Sequence record: PV037725.1
Direction: 5' to 3' (one strand)
Length of the DNA stretch: 64,000 bases
Below the pieces are notes generated by a model. It searched no databases, was not told where the DNA came from, and saw only the letters and a program-made list of their open reading frames with translations. The translations under genes were made by a program, and so were the position numbers. This document shows, piece by piece, positions 47,613-56,362 of the stretch; the first letter of the stretch is position 1; every line of letters starts with the position of its first letter.

Positions 47613-47875
47613 TGGCAAGTCTCGAAGAGGATGTTGTTTCACATATCGCATTCGATCTCTATCAAATTCGTAATACCTTGATTAATGACGAACTGCATAG
47701 ACTAACCCCAGTACAGTTAGTTGATAAAGCTATCGGTATGACTACTGAAACTATTCAGAAAAGTTTTAAGTTAGAAGCCATAGGCGCGTGTGAGTCTAAC
47801 GGTGATCCACATTACTGCGCTGATATCGCTACTTATTACTGGGACATCGTTAACGATACTAGTGGGGATGTCTGA
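47612..47875 (+). CDS. acidic hypothetical protein
   Basis: coupled ORF. Confidence 0.7.
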   Translation: MASLEEDVVSHIAFDLYQIRNTLINDELHRLTPVQLVDKAIGMTTETIQKSFKLEAIGACESNGDPHYCADIATYYWDIVNDTSGDV

Positions 47876-47877
47876 GC

Positions 47878-48099
47878 ATGGGTCAGATTGAATGGTCTAT
47901 CAAGAACGGTCAGTTGGTGATGTGGCTCTCGTGGGAACAGGAAAACGAAACTAGTACTGGAACCAGCGGTACCGCAACCTGTTACAGTGAACCACTAACT
48001 GATCTAGAGGCGTCGGCAAAAGCACTACTTAAGAAAGTGGGTAGTACCTTTAACCTACGTAACTTCAACGGTGTAGCTGACTGGAGTAAGTTGGCATGA
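47878..48099 (+). CDS. hypothetical protein
   Basis: tiled ORF. Confidence 0.65.
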   Translation: MGQIEWSIKNGQLVMWLSWEQENETSTGTSGTATCYSEPLTDLEASAKALLKKVGSTFNLRNFNGVADWSKLA

Positions 48100-48464
48100 A
48101 AACGGCAGCTATCATCAATGACCCCCTAACTACGACTTTGATGGAAGTCAGTGCTGAACTGACATTGGCCCTCGAAGACTATGAACGTCATCTTGTGCAC
48201 CAGACTTCGTGTCGCATGGGCATCGCCGCTGTGAACCTTTACGATGAACTGGTTGAACACCTTGGTCCGATTCCTGAAGGCAAGGTTAAGGGTGTACGTG
48301 AGATAATTACTCGTGGTGTTGTAGCTGTTGCTACTGAAGCCAATACCTGTTCATTGATCCATGAACGTGCTCTAGGTATGACTGGTGAGCAAGCCCCAGC
48401 TGAGATCGTCAAGAAGGCTATCGGTAAGTTCCAAGATCAATTGGTTTACTGGAGTGATGTTTGA
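48096..48464 (+). CDS. hypothetical protein
   Basis: ATGA coupling. Confidence 0.7.
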   Translation: MKTAAIINDPLTTTLMEVSAELTLALEDYERHLVHQTSCRMGIAAVNLYDELVEHLGPIPEGKVKGVREIITRGVVAVATEANTCSLIHERALGMTGEQAPAEIVKKAIGKFQDQLVYWSDV

Positions 48465-49060
48465 TGGCTTTCCCAATTTTTACATTACCTCTAGTTAAGC
48501 AAAGGCAGACGATTGTGAAAAAACCAGAAATGACTTATGAATTCATCAGCCATAAGAACCGTGCTCGGTTCATCCAGTTCGCTAACCAAGCGTGGCTGTT
48601 GGGGTTACATGAGGATGGGTATCTTCGTGACACCCTGCTGGCCATTTGGTCGTGGCGCGATAAGATCACTGATTCTAATTTAGTTGACCTGTATGACTTT
48701 GTCGTTGCGCGTGCAGATGGGGCCATCGTCGGTATCATCATGCTTGAGCATAGTGTGTCTACCATCGATACCTATGTTATCCCAAGCTGGCGTAAGCGCG
48801 GTGTGGCTTCCGGGTTGGTAAAAGCCCTCCGTGGGTTTGTTGGTGACAAGAAAGTATTGTGTGGTTGGACAGGTGTTAAAGGTCAAGGTTGGGAGAACTA
48901 TTATGCACGTAACTTCATCCTCCACCTCGGGCAAGACGCACCTAAAGAGCTAGTTGAACAACACGGTGATAAGTATACCGCTAATAAAGTGTATATCAAA
49001 TCACTCAAGTTGAAGATGTCGGCCGCTTACCGTAAATCTAAAACCGAAGGTGTTAAATGA
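48461..49060 (+). CDS. GNAT acetyltransferase
   Basis: IVGIIML, YVIPSWRKRGVASGLV (motif A). Confidence 0.8.
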   Translation: MMAFPIFTLPLVKQRQTIVKKPEMTYEFISHKNRARFIQFANQAWLLGLHEDGYLRDTLLAIWSWRDKITDSNLVDLYDFVVARADGAIVGIIMLEHSVSTIDTYVIPSWRKRGVASGLVKALRGFVGDKKVLCGWTGVKGQGWENYYARNFILHLGQDAPKELVEQHGDKYTANKVYIKSLKLKMSAAYRKSKTEGVK

Positions 49061-49365
49061 GTACTGTAGAAGAACGTGTAATCACTTTGGAACTCGATGC
49101 CGCAACATACGCCAACGTACTACGTGGCGTGTCACTGGATACTACCATGTCCAGGTGTAAAGAGCTGTTGGTGGGTATTGAATCGATTCATGAACAGGCC
49201 GAGACAGCTGACGTGATTGGTCAAGTGTTGGAGGTAGTAAGTCATGAGTACTACCTCGTACCTAAGATCGCTGTTGATCAGGAAGGGGCATTCATTGAGA
49301 ACCCAGTCCCTGAGAACGCGCTCACCCAATCACTGTCTGAGTTGTGGACATCCGTATCTAACTAA
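49057..49365 (+). CDS. acidic hypothetical protein
   Basis: ATGA coupling. Confidence 0.7.
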   Translation: MSTVEERVITLELDAATYANVLRGVSLDTTMSRCKELLVGIESIHEQAETADVIGQVLEVVSHEYYLVPKIAVDQEGAFIENPVPENALTQSLSELWTSVSN

Positions 49366-49378
49366 CTGGTAGCCTGCG

Positions 49379-49924
49379 ATGATTACCGTAAGACAAGTAA
49401 AACATACCGACACCAAACACTATCGTCGTGTACTAAGAACCTTGCTGACTGGTGGTTATTACGAACGCTCGGGGTCATTACAATACCGACTAGCCCAAAC
49501 GCTAGACGATGGTGGTTGGGCAACCCCGAGCGTTTGGGATATTTTTGTAGCTTATGTTGATGGTCGCGTCGCGGGCTACTGTGTATACATTCCAAAGAAC
49601 AATGGCGTTGAGTTCTATGTAACACCACGTTATCGTCGGCAAGGTGTTGCAACTAAGCTCGTAAGCGCCGTGCGTAAAACTACCGGGTTGTCGGTACTAT
49701 GTGCTCAACACGGTTTTGATGGCAGTGACAAGTTCTTTGCTCACGCCCTGATCTACGTCGAGAACCATGATAGCGTTTACAACCAGATGAGTAAATGGGC
49801 TGGTCCGCACTACAACGCGCTACCAGCTGATCAATTCATCAAGTTATACAAACGTGCAATACGAACTGTAAAACTTCGACTACACCACGCATTGAGAAAA
49901 CAAAATGCAACTGCAACTAGCTGA
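49379..49924 (+). CDS. GNAT acetyltransferase
   Basis: VAGYCVY, YVTPRYRRQGVATKLV (motif A). Confidence 0.8.
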   Translation: MITVRQVKHTDTKHYRRVLRTLLTGGYYERSGSLQYRLAQTLDDGGWATPSVWDIFVAYVDGRVAGYCVYIPKNNGVEFYVTPRYRRQGVATKLVSAVRKTTGLSVLCAQHGFDGSDKFFAHALIYVENHDSVYNQMSKWAGPHYNALPADQFIKLYKRAIRTVKLRLHHALRKQNATATS

Positions 49925-50135
49925 ACTGATTCTGTTGGCAATGTGGACATTGGCTAGCGTTACGATCGCCATTGGCTGTATTACGCTACATCCTAAGTGG
50001 TATGTCACAAGTCTGTTCGGTACAGAAAATCGTTGGGGTAAGTTAGCTATCGCTATTGCTTTGATGGCATACGTAGTTTTACGTTTAACCCAATGGTACA
50101 CTTCGAGCAATCCAACTATTTATTGGGGTATCTAA
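49905..50135 (+). CDS. small membrane protein
   Basis: two hydrophobic helices. Confidence 0.65.
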   Translation: MQLQLAELILLAMWTLASVTIAIGCITLHPKWYVTSLFGTENRWGKLAIAIALMAYVVLRLTQWYTSSNPTIYWGI

Positions 50136-50136
50136 G

Positions 50137-50415
50137 ATGAGCACTGAATCCTTTATCGGTTCCGTAAAAGTAAAACGTGACGAAGCAGTTGAATACTTCC
50201 TGTCTGGCGACTTCCTTCAGGCAATGGCTGGAGATGAAGAAACACCTGAAGCTGTCGTGCAGAAAGGTATTGACACTCTGATCGGTGGCGTACTGGATGT
50301 ACTGAATGAGCAATACGACGAGATCATCACTGCTGAAACAGAAGACGGTACTCCAGCTTTGATTAGCTGTGTATCCGATCTGTCCACCATCTACTTCGAA
50401 GAGGTATCTAGTTAA
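50137..50415 (+). CDS. very acidic small protein
   Basis: about 20 D/E versus 4 K/R in 92 aa. Confidence 0.75.
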   Translation: MSTESFIGSVKVKRDEAVEYFLSGDFLQAMAGDEETPEAVVQKGIDTLIGGVLDVLNEQYDEIITAETEDGTPALISCVSDLSTIYFEEVSS

Positions 50416-50711
50416 TGGATGCTGTTAGCGAATACCCTGAGATCAATAAACTGATCTTGGGTAAGCTCCGTGAGGTAGCTGAAACAGTATTGGGCTACCC
50501 AGTACTGGACGACGGACCTGCTGAAGTTAAGTTGGTTCATTCGGCTATTCACGAAACCCTGAAGGTTGTAGAAAACCATCTTGACCTCAGCTTTAAAGAT
50601 TCCGATCTCATCGAGGTTGGTGAAGGTCCTGATATCCAAATGGCTAAAGTCTTCGTCAGCACCCCAGTAAGTGGTCTGGCTACTCAATACTTCGACATGG
50701 TAAGTAACTAA
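50415..50711 (+). CDS. acidic hypothetical protein
   Basis: coupled ORF. Confidence 0.75.
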   Translation: MDAVSEYPEINKLILGKLREVAETVLGYPVLDDGPAEVKLVHSAIHETLKVVENHLDLSFKDSDLIEVGEGPDIQMAKVFVSTPVSGLATQYFDMVSN

Positions 50712-51064
50712 TGCGCACTCATGCCTTCAAATGCGGTCAATACGTTCAAGCTGTTAACCAACTGGTAATTGAAAAGACTGGTGAGGTTTATCTGGAACAA
50801 GGTGAAATTGCACGGATAATGGTTATTGATCCTGCCGGGCATGAAGGTAATCCATACGGACTACGTAAAGAATACAATCCTGTGACTGGCGCTCCAGCGG
50901 AGCACATCACTAAGAACTTCTTTACCGCTGAACAGCTCTGTGCCTCGCCAGCCCATCCGGCGAAGCCTGATGTTTGGACAGATAAACCAGAAGAGCGGTA
51001 TAGCCATCCTAAGCACCCACGTCATGAAGAACTGCGTGCTTGCGGTTGGCGCGTAACCCCTTAA
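50711..51064 (+). CDS. hypothetical protein
   Basis: coupled ORF. Confidence 0.7.
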   Translation: MRTHAFKCGQYVQAVNQLVIEKTGEVYLEQGEIARIMVIDPAGHEGNPYGLRKEYNPVTGAPAEHITKNFFTAEQLCASPAHPAKPDVWTDKPEERYSHPKHPRHEELRACGWRVTP

Positions 51065-51145
51065 TCATTGAGGACAATGCAATGCCTGTTTACGTACAAG
51101 TTTGGCCACGGTTTAATACTGTTAACCCTGGAGGGGTAATAAACC

Positions 51146-51322
51146 ATGGCAAAGTCTCGTCGCAACAATTACCACGGTGCAGGTCGTGACCTGTGGGCTA
51201 AAGATCGACCATTGAGCTGGACACCGTCCAGTAAGTGGTCGAAGACTAAAAGTCATCGCATCGAACGCGCATGGGTACACGAACGTATCCATCGTGAATT
51301 GGTGCAGTTGGGCTACAGATAA
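51146..51322 (+). CDS. 58 aa basic protein (not in ORF track)
   Basis: GGAGGG RBS; MAKSRRNNYHGAGRDLW...HRIERAW; ends at terminator. Confidence 0.65.
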   Translation: MAKSRRNNYHGAGRDLWAKDRPLSWTPSSKWSKTKSHRIERAWVHERIHRELVQLGYR

Positions 51323-51329
51323 TTCAATT

Positions 51330-51355
51330 GCCCTCCTTCGGGAGGGTTTCTATTT
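51330..51355 (+). terminator. intrinsic terminator
   Basis: CCCTCC-TTCG-GGAGGG-TTTCTATT. Confidence 0.8.
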
Positions 51356-51370
51356 CGTGGAGTGATTTAA

Positions 51371-51862
51371 ATGTTGGGATTGGAATGGCGTGTTTGGGCG
51401 TCTCTTGGATTGGTACTGATAATCCTGTACTTCGCATTCGTACCCTCTAAAGGTAAGCGTACCGAATACTTCGAACAGCTGAAGCGCCAGAAGCGCCGTG
51501 ACGAACGTAATCAAGCTCGCCCTAAGACGTACGCCTCTTTGGCTGTTACGGGTATTACAGCGCGTCGTGGGGACTCTGCGACACTAGTTATTAATGACTT
51601 CAGCAAAGTGATAATTGCATTCAATGGTATTGCGCAAGGTCATTACTCTGAGACAGTTTACATCGTGGTGACTGGTGACGGCGAAGTCAAGCAACACAGT
51701 ACCGAGTCTTTGGCTCAGAGCGATTACAAGAAAGGTGACTATGGCATTCTTGCATTGACAATGGCGCCTGGAGCTATTACCCAACGTAGTATCGTTCCTG
51801 AGATCGTACACAAAGACAACGCTTTTGCTCTGGAGTTTAGTGTGCGCGTTAGTGCTAAATAG
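51371..51862 (+). CDS. membrane-anchored hypothetical protein
   Basis: N-terminal TM helix, beta-rich C-terminus. Confidence 0.75.
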   Translation: MLGLEWRVWASLGLVLIILYFAFVPSKGKRTEYFEQLKRQKRRDERNQARPKTYASLAVTGITARRGDSATLVINDFSKVIIAFNGIAQGHYSETVYIVVTGDGEVKQHSTESLAQSDYKKGDYGILALTMAPGAITQRSIVPEIVHKDNAFALEFSVRVSAK

Positions 51863-51908
51863 TATAGGTTTGCAATTTCGCAATCCCATCTAGATAGGAT
51901 TAATACTC

Positions 51909-52277
51909 ATGGCTATTCCAAGTATTGAAGAAGTAAAAGTAAGTGTTATCGCCAAAGAGATCGCGCCGTTCGAAGCCAAGATCATCGATCATCTCGAAAC
52001 CGTTAGTACTGTAGCATACGCTGAAAGTGAAGTAGCTGTTAAACCGGTACTCGTTGTGGTACGTGGCTCGGAGATTTCTGAAGCTGGTATTCTTGCTCTG
52101 ATGGAATCCATCGAAGCTGGTGGCTACACCGACGTTGACGTTAAGAATGCTCGTGCACCTAAGCCAGATGGTTTGGGCTCCAGTGCCAACCCTACCCCAG
52201 CTGAGAAGCAAGTTGAAATCTCCTTTAAGATTCCAGCTGCTCCAGTTACCCCACCTACTGGTGGTGGCGGTGCATAA
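51909..52277 (+). CDS. acidic hypothetical protein
   Basis: MAIP start and EAGGYT resemble 9711. Confidence 0.75.
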   Translation: MAIPSIEEVKVSVIAKEIAPFEAKIIDHLETVSTVAYAESEVAVKPVLVVVRGSEISEAGILALMESIEAGGYTDVDVKNARAPKPDGLGSSANPTPAEKQVEISFKIPAAPVTPPTGGGGA

Positions 52278-52281
52278 ATAG

Positions 52282-52309
52282 GTCCTCCCCTCGGGGAGGG
52301 CTTTATGTC
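52282..52309 (+). terminator. intrinsic terminator (plus strand)
   Basis: GTCCTCCC-CTCG-GGGAGGGC-TTTATGTC. Confidence 0.85.
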
Positions 52310-52337
52310 GACATAAAGCCACTCCTTCGGGAGTGGC
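52310..52337 (-). terminator. intrinsic terminator (minus strand)
   Basis: GCCACTCC-TTCG-GGAGTGGC with a GCTTTATGTC tail on the minus strand. Confidence 0.8.
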
Positions 52338-52356
52338 GATTATGCGGTTTCTTTTT

Positions 52357-52572
52357 TTATTGGTCCTTGAAACCTTTTGGCCCAGCTAAAGTAGAAGTAG
52401 TGGTGTAGGTTTCTTTAGCCACACGATCAGGGAGTTTCTTTGTACGTTCTTTAGAATCCTTCTCACTCCACTCTTTGGCAGTACCTTGCTTGATACCTGC
52501 TTTCTTAGCGAACTCTGGATTGTGTGCGGCAGCTTGCATAAACTTGGCTTGGGACTTACTTACTGATGGCAT
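52357..52572 (-). CDS. small basic conserved phage protein, probably late/virion
   Basis: MPSVSKSQAKFMQAAAHNPEFAKKAGI; GGAGG RBS; TATG about 27 nt upstream. Confidence 0.75.
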   Translation of the reverse strand: MPSVSKSQAKFMQAAAHNPEFAKKAGIKQGTAKEWSEKDSKERTKKLPDRVAKETYTTTSTLAGPKGFKDQ

Positions 52573-52609
52573 GATAGCCTCCAAATAATGAGTTGGTACA
52601 TATGATCGT

Positions 52610-52647
52610 ATTAGAAGCTATTTAAAGAGTATATTACTGTTGTGAAT
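52610..52647 (+). promoter_or_regulatory. early promoter
   Basis: ATTAGAA-GCTA-TTT-AAAGAG-TATATTAC-N4-GTGAAT. Confidence 0.9.
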
Positions 52648-52665
52648 TAACTGAGAGTAATCGCT

Positions 52666-53025
52666 ATGCTATTTCGCAAGAAACCTAAAGTCGACATTCG
52701 ACTTAAAGCGGCAGATGCCATTGAGCAGGTGCTGGTCAGTGGGATGTACTACGATGATGACTGGTTGGGTAGTCGCTATATGTGTATCAACCTTTACACA
52801 TTGGTCGACCAGGGTATGCTTACCACTAAAGAACGGTTGGAAATAACTGACCTCATCATGGCTAGGCTCTGTGGCAAACATACATTAGCCGCTTACCTTG
52901 GCCTGTGTGGTATCGACGTCTTCGCGATGGATGAATTCGAACAACGTATCACCTTGAGCAATAACTGGTGGCGTTACATTCGCATCCTCCGTGGTCAACC
53001 ATTCCTGGATACTCGTTATGATTGA
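52666..53025 (+). CDS. hypothetical protein
   Basis: first gene after early promoter. Confidence 0.75.
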   Translation: MLFRKKPKVDIRLKAADAIEQVLVSGMYYDDDWLGSRYMCINLYTLVDQGMLTTKERLEITDLIMARLCGKHTLAAYLGLCGIDVFAMDEFEQRITLSNNWWRYIRILRGQPFLDTRYD

Positions 53026-53353
53026 AGTATACGATGCCTGGATGACACTCCCGTGGAAAGTCCAACTATTGTGTTTGACACCACTGTGTTTATTACCCAT
53101 GCTTTGGTTACTTAGTCCTAAACGGCAACATCCATGGATGTATCGCTGGGAACGTCATATCGATAATGAGATTGCCTATACCCGCAAGAAGTTTAAAGGT
53201 CTCAAGCGACCGGACGCATTACGTGATGCATTCGCACGATTGATCACTGAGTTGGAACGTGAAACCGGTGGATGTAATTTCATATTGATGTCCAATGCGG
53301 AGCATAGGATGGTCTGGATGTACCTTTACCGCAAGATCCACTATACGCTTTGA
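53018..53353 (+). CDS. hypothetical protein
   Basis: overlaps upstream stop. Confidence 0.7.
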   Translation: MIEVYDAWMTLPWKVQLLCLTPLCLLPMLWLLSPKRQHPWMYRWERHIDNEIAYTRKKFKGLKRPDALRDAFARLITELERETGGCNFILMSNAEHRMVWMYLYRKIHYTL

Positions 53354-53354
53354 T

Positions 53355-53391
53355 ATTAGAACCCATTTAAAGCGTATATTACAAAAGTGAT
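53355..53391 (+). promoter_or_regulatory. early promoter
   Basis: ATTAGAA-CCCA-TTT-AAAGCG-TATATTAC-N4-GTGAT. Confidence 0.9.
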
Positions 53392-53428
53392 ATTCATAAG
53401 AGTATCACCAACCCTGAGGAGATTTACC

Positions 53429-53599
53429 ATGAAACTTGATATGTCTGATGCAGCTGCTGTAGTCGTAGTAGTCGCTGCGACCGTAGGTTTCTACTTCGTG
53501 GGCCGTTACCATGAAGATTACCTGAAAGAAAAAGCTGAGAAGGTTGTCGATGATATCGTTGAACCGCCAGTGGTTGACGAGCCTGGCCCAACCGAGTGA
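53429..53599 (+). CDS. single-pass membrane peptide with acidic tail
   Basis: GAGGAG RBS; monocistronic between promoter and terminator. Confidence 0.75.
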   Translation: MKLDMSDAAAVVVVVAATVGFYFVGRYHEDYLKEKAEKVVDDIVEPPVVDEPGPTE

Positions 53600-53605
53600 C
53601 TCAAA

Positions 53606-53632
53606 TGGGTACCCTTCGGGGTACCCAGTTTC
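53606..53632 (+). terminator. hairpin terminator
   Basis: TGGGTACCC-TTCG-GGGTACCCA. Confidence 0.75.
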
Positions 53633-53639
53633 ATGTAAC

Positions 53640-53677
53640 ATTAGAAACCGTTTTACCGCTATATTACATCTGTGAAT
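53640..53677 (+). promoter_or_regulatory. early promoter
   Basis: ATTAGAA-ACCG-TTT-TACCGC-TATATTAC-N4-GTGAAT. Confidence 0.9.
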
Positions 53678-53711
53678 CAAGCACCATCAATCTTATCTAA
53701 AGGGTAATACC

Positions 53712-53954
53712 ATGCAACTGACTAACACTGTAACAGCTTGGACCAATCAACTGAACCACGCTGTTGGCATCAAGCTGGAAGAGATGATCGTAGCTGAGCT
53801 GCCATCCTTCGAAGCCGATGAAGAACTCCGTGGGTTCTTCGATCAACTCTACCTCGACCTGTACAAGCACGAAGCTTGCCCACTGGTTCGCAAAGACGTC
53901 ATCGCTGAGATCCAAAAGCTTGATGACCGTCTCTGCAAAATCACCCTGCACTGA
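53712..53954 (+). CDS. acidic helical protein
   Basis: first gene after early promoter. Confidence 0.75.
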   Translation: MQLTNTVTAWTNQLNHAVGIKLEEMIVAELPSFEADEELRGFFDQLYLDLYKHEACPLVRKDVIAEIQKLDDRLCKITLH

Positions 53955-53964
53955 GGTATCGATC

Positions 53965-54204
53965 ATGGCATCTGCATTCAACCCAGTTAAAGAAGGTAAC
54001 AAGTTGGTATACGCCGCTCGTAATCTGCGGATCGTCCCAGCTAAAGAAATCTGGCCTAACATCGAAAATGCCGACGACGTAACTGTACTGGTTGGTGAAC
54101 ACTATGTTCACGACGAGTGGTATCCGCTGCGCAGTAGCTCGGTGGTAAGCGTTGTCGGTAAAGATCACGAAACACGTAACTCGGTTTATCGTGCGATAGA
54201 CTGA
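53965..54204 (+). CDS. small conserved phage protein
   Basis: GAGG RBS; RSS.VV......ETRNS.Y pattern. Confidence 0.7.
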   Translation: MASAFNPVKEGNKLVYAARNLRIVPAKEIWPNIENADDVTVLVGEHYVHDEWYPLRSSSVVSVVGKDHETRNSVYRAID

Positions 54205-54234
54205 TTCAACCAAATGACTTGAAGGACTCATCTC

Positions 54235-54570
54235 ATGAAATTCGAAGACATCTATAACTCCGTCGTAACTGCTGCCTGTGTAATCGCTGTGGCGGTTGAA
54301 GGTAAGCGTCTATATGACGAGATCCAAGATCAGAATGCGCGTAACGCTGCTGAAGATTGGGAGATGGAAGCTGGTGCCCGTCTGAACGCCATGCTGCATC
54401 ACGCTAAAAAGAACCGCATCTCCAAAGCCGGTTACATCCAGGCTATGGAAGCTGCAAAGAACGTACTCAGCTTTGAAGTTGATGATGTTCTTGCCGGTAA
54501 CCCATACGCTGGTCGGACTCTGCGTAAACTGCATCAGTCCCTCGACAACGAAATCGCAACTGTTAAATAA
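54235..54570 (+). CDS. hypothetical protein
   Basis: AAGGA RBS. Confidence 0.75.
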   Translation: MKFEDIYNSVVTAACVIAVAVEGKRLYDEIQDQNARNAAEDWEMEAGARLNAMLHHAKKNRISKAGYIQAMEAAKNVLSFEVDDVLAGNPYAGRTLRKLHQSLDNEIATVK

Positions 54571-54583
54571 GGAGTTCTTTGTA

Positions 54584-54817
54584 ATGTTTGATACTACCCA
54601 TATCGGCGATATCATGATCCTCACACCAGATGTTGTTCGTATGAACGACCAGCGTGAAAAGGCCATTCGTGATTTTGCTAAAGCCAATGGTTCCGTCGTC
54701 TGTGCATCCATCGACACTCACGTCGATGGTAGCCTTAAGTCGGTCGACCTGTTTGGCGGTACCCCTGTTCAGCGTGAATCCTTCAAGGATGGTCTCGCTA
54801 ACGTGGTACTTGGTTAA
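54584..54817 (+). CDS. hypothetical protein
   Basis: AAGGAG RBS. Confidence 0.7.
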   Translation: MFDTTHIGDIMILTPDVVRMNDQREKAIRDFAKANGSVVCASIDTHVDGSLKSVDLFGGTPVQRESFKDGLANVVLG

Positions 54818-54825
54818 CACGTTAG

Positions 54826-54864
54826 TTGGGGACCTTCGGGTCCCCAATCGTAACTTTATTTTTT
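54826..54864 (+). terminator. hairpin terminator
   Basis: TTGGGGACC-TTCG-GGTCCCCAA, T-run downstream. Confidence 0.75.
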
Positions 54865-54876
54865 CGGAGGTTAGGT

Positions 54877-55584
54877 ATGGAGCTATACAGGGACTTAATG
54901 TTTAAGCGTAACCTACATGGTTACGTTGAGGAAACCCAAGTGCAGGTATATAAAGCGCATTTTCGCCAAATACCGCTATGGGTTGTTTATCACCCACATA
55001 ACGGTGAGCATGACAGGCGTCACGCTGAACGCCATGGTTTGTACTTCCTGACTGGTAAAGGCGTTATCGATTACTTCGATGCCTTTAAGGATGCTTGGGT
55101 AACGGGTGGTGAGTACATTCCTTCAATCGACCTTTGTCACGACGTTTTAGAGGCCAATCGTGAGGGGAAACTCGATCCGTCTGGGTTGATGTATCGGGTT
55201 GTCTATCGTTGCCCAGGTGCTGACATCGCTGAATGTGTCATGGGTCATGCACCGTTTGATGAAGACCATCCTTGGTTTGTCAGCAGTCAACCTAACACTG
55301 ATGGTATCGGGCGCTGGTGTATCTATCCCGAGAACATCGCTATGGCCTTAGCCCGTATGCTTTCTGTAACACCATTCGGCGGATACGTCTATGATCGTGT
55401 TCGCGATAACCCGAACGGTGGCAAGTTCATCGTTCAATCCACCCCATACAACATCACCGGCTCTCCAGCTGAAGGTGAAGTATGGACTGATGTAACTGAG
55501 ACTGACCATTGGAACCATCGCGTTATTCTGGATTTCAATGCGGACATGTCAAAAATCATCACCACCTACGATGTAGAACAGTAA
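54877..55584 (+). CDS. hypothetical protein
   Basis: GGAGG RBS. Confidence 0.75.
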   Translation: MELYRDLMFKRNLHGYVEETQVQVYKAHFRQIPLWVVYHPHNGEHDRRHAERHGLYFLTGKGVIDYFDAFKDAWVTGGEYIPSIDLCHDVLEANREGKLDPSGLMYRVVYRCPGADIAECVMGHAPFDEDHPWFVSSQPNTDGIGRWCIYPENIAMALARMLSVTPFGGYVYDRVRDNPNGGKFIVQSTPYNITGSPAEGEVWTDVTETDHWNHRVILDFNADMSKIITTYDVEQ

Positions 55585-55593
55585 GGACTTAAC

Positions 55594-56064
55594 ATGCAAC
55601 AATATTACGGCGTTGTGAATGACTCGTTCAAAAACTACGAGTCTAAGATTACTCATCGTGCACTGGACCTTCAACAATATGTTGTTGCCCGTTTGACCAG
55701 TTGTGACAAGTTCTATAATGTCACCTCTGAACTGGAAGGGCTCCCGAATTTCATGGTTTGGTATGATAGCCAGTTGGACCTTTCCAACTATCTGCCATTG
55801 CCACCCAAGATGATCCTCGACGCATTGGCTAGTTATCTTGCCAACATGACTGACGAGGAACGTGAACTGTTTGACCCGACACTCGAGCGACTGATTTCCT
55901 ATAAGGAGATTACGCGTATCACGTGTCTTAGTGACAGCTTCGAAATTCACACCTACGTGGCCGGTAAACCAAAACTGTTACTGGTTACCGTAATGAATAT
56001 GATTGATACTTCGGCTAGCAGTCCAGATCTTTCACATTGGCGCAGTCGCTCTACTTTGAACTAA
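55594..56064 (+). CDS. hypothetical protein
   Basis: AAGGA RBS. Confidence 0.75.
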   Translation: MQQYYGVVNDSFKNYESKITHRALDLQQYVVARLTSCDKFYNVTSELEGLPNFMVWYDSQLDLSNYLPLPPKMILDALASYLANMTDEERELFDPTLERLISYKEITRITCLSDSFEIHTYVAGKPKLLLVTVMNMIDTSASSPDLSHWRSRSTLN

Positions 56065-56065
56065 C

Positions 56066-56081
56066 GGAGACCTAGGTCTCC
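56066..56081. other. perfect 16-bp palindrome / hairpin without U-tract
   Basis: GGAGACCTAGGTCTCC. Confidence 0.55.
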
Positions 56082-56092
56082 ATTGAGGGACC

Positions 56093-56362
56093 ATGGAATC
56101 TACCACTATCTACAAGCATGAGTCTGGGGATTGGGTTACTGATTGGTATGGTCACAAACATCATATCACATTTAATCCAGTTGACGAGGATTATTTTATC
56201 TCGTTGGGGTTACTCGAACAAGCTGCCGTGAAGTTTGAGGTGAATCAAAGAGGAGTCATCCTCGGCGTTTACAACAACCGCACGGGTGAAGCATTGGACA
56301 ATGTAACCATCCCAACTCGTCATGCTCTTCAACGGGAGCTGAACATAGGTCGCCCAGTATGA
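56093..56362 (+). CDS. hypothetical protein
   Basis: GAGGG RBS. Confidence 0.7.
   Translation: MESTTIYKHESGDWVTDWYGHKHHITFNPVDEDYFISLGLLEQAAVKFEVNQRGVILGVYNNRTGEALDNVTIPTRHALQRELNIGRPV

Noticed and set aside
51077-51139. 20-35 aa micro-ORFs upstream of 51146
   Set aside because: Two competing frames and no distinguishing features, so neither can be supported
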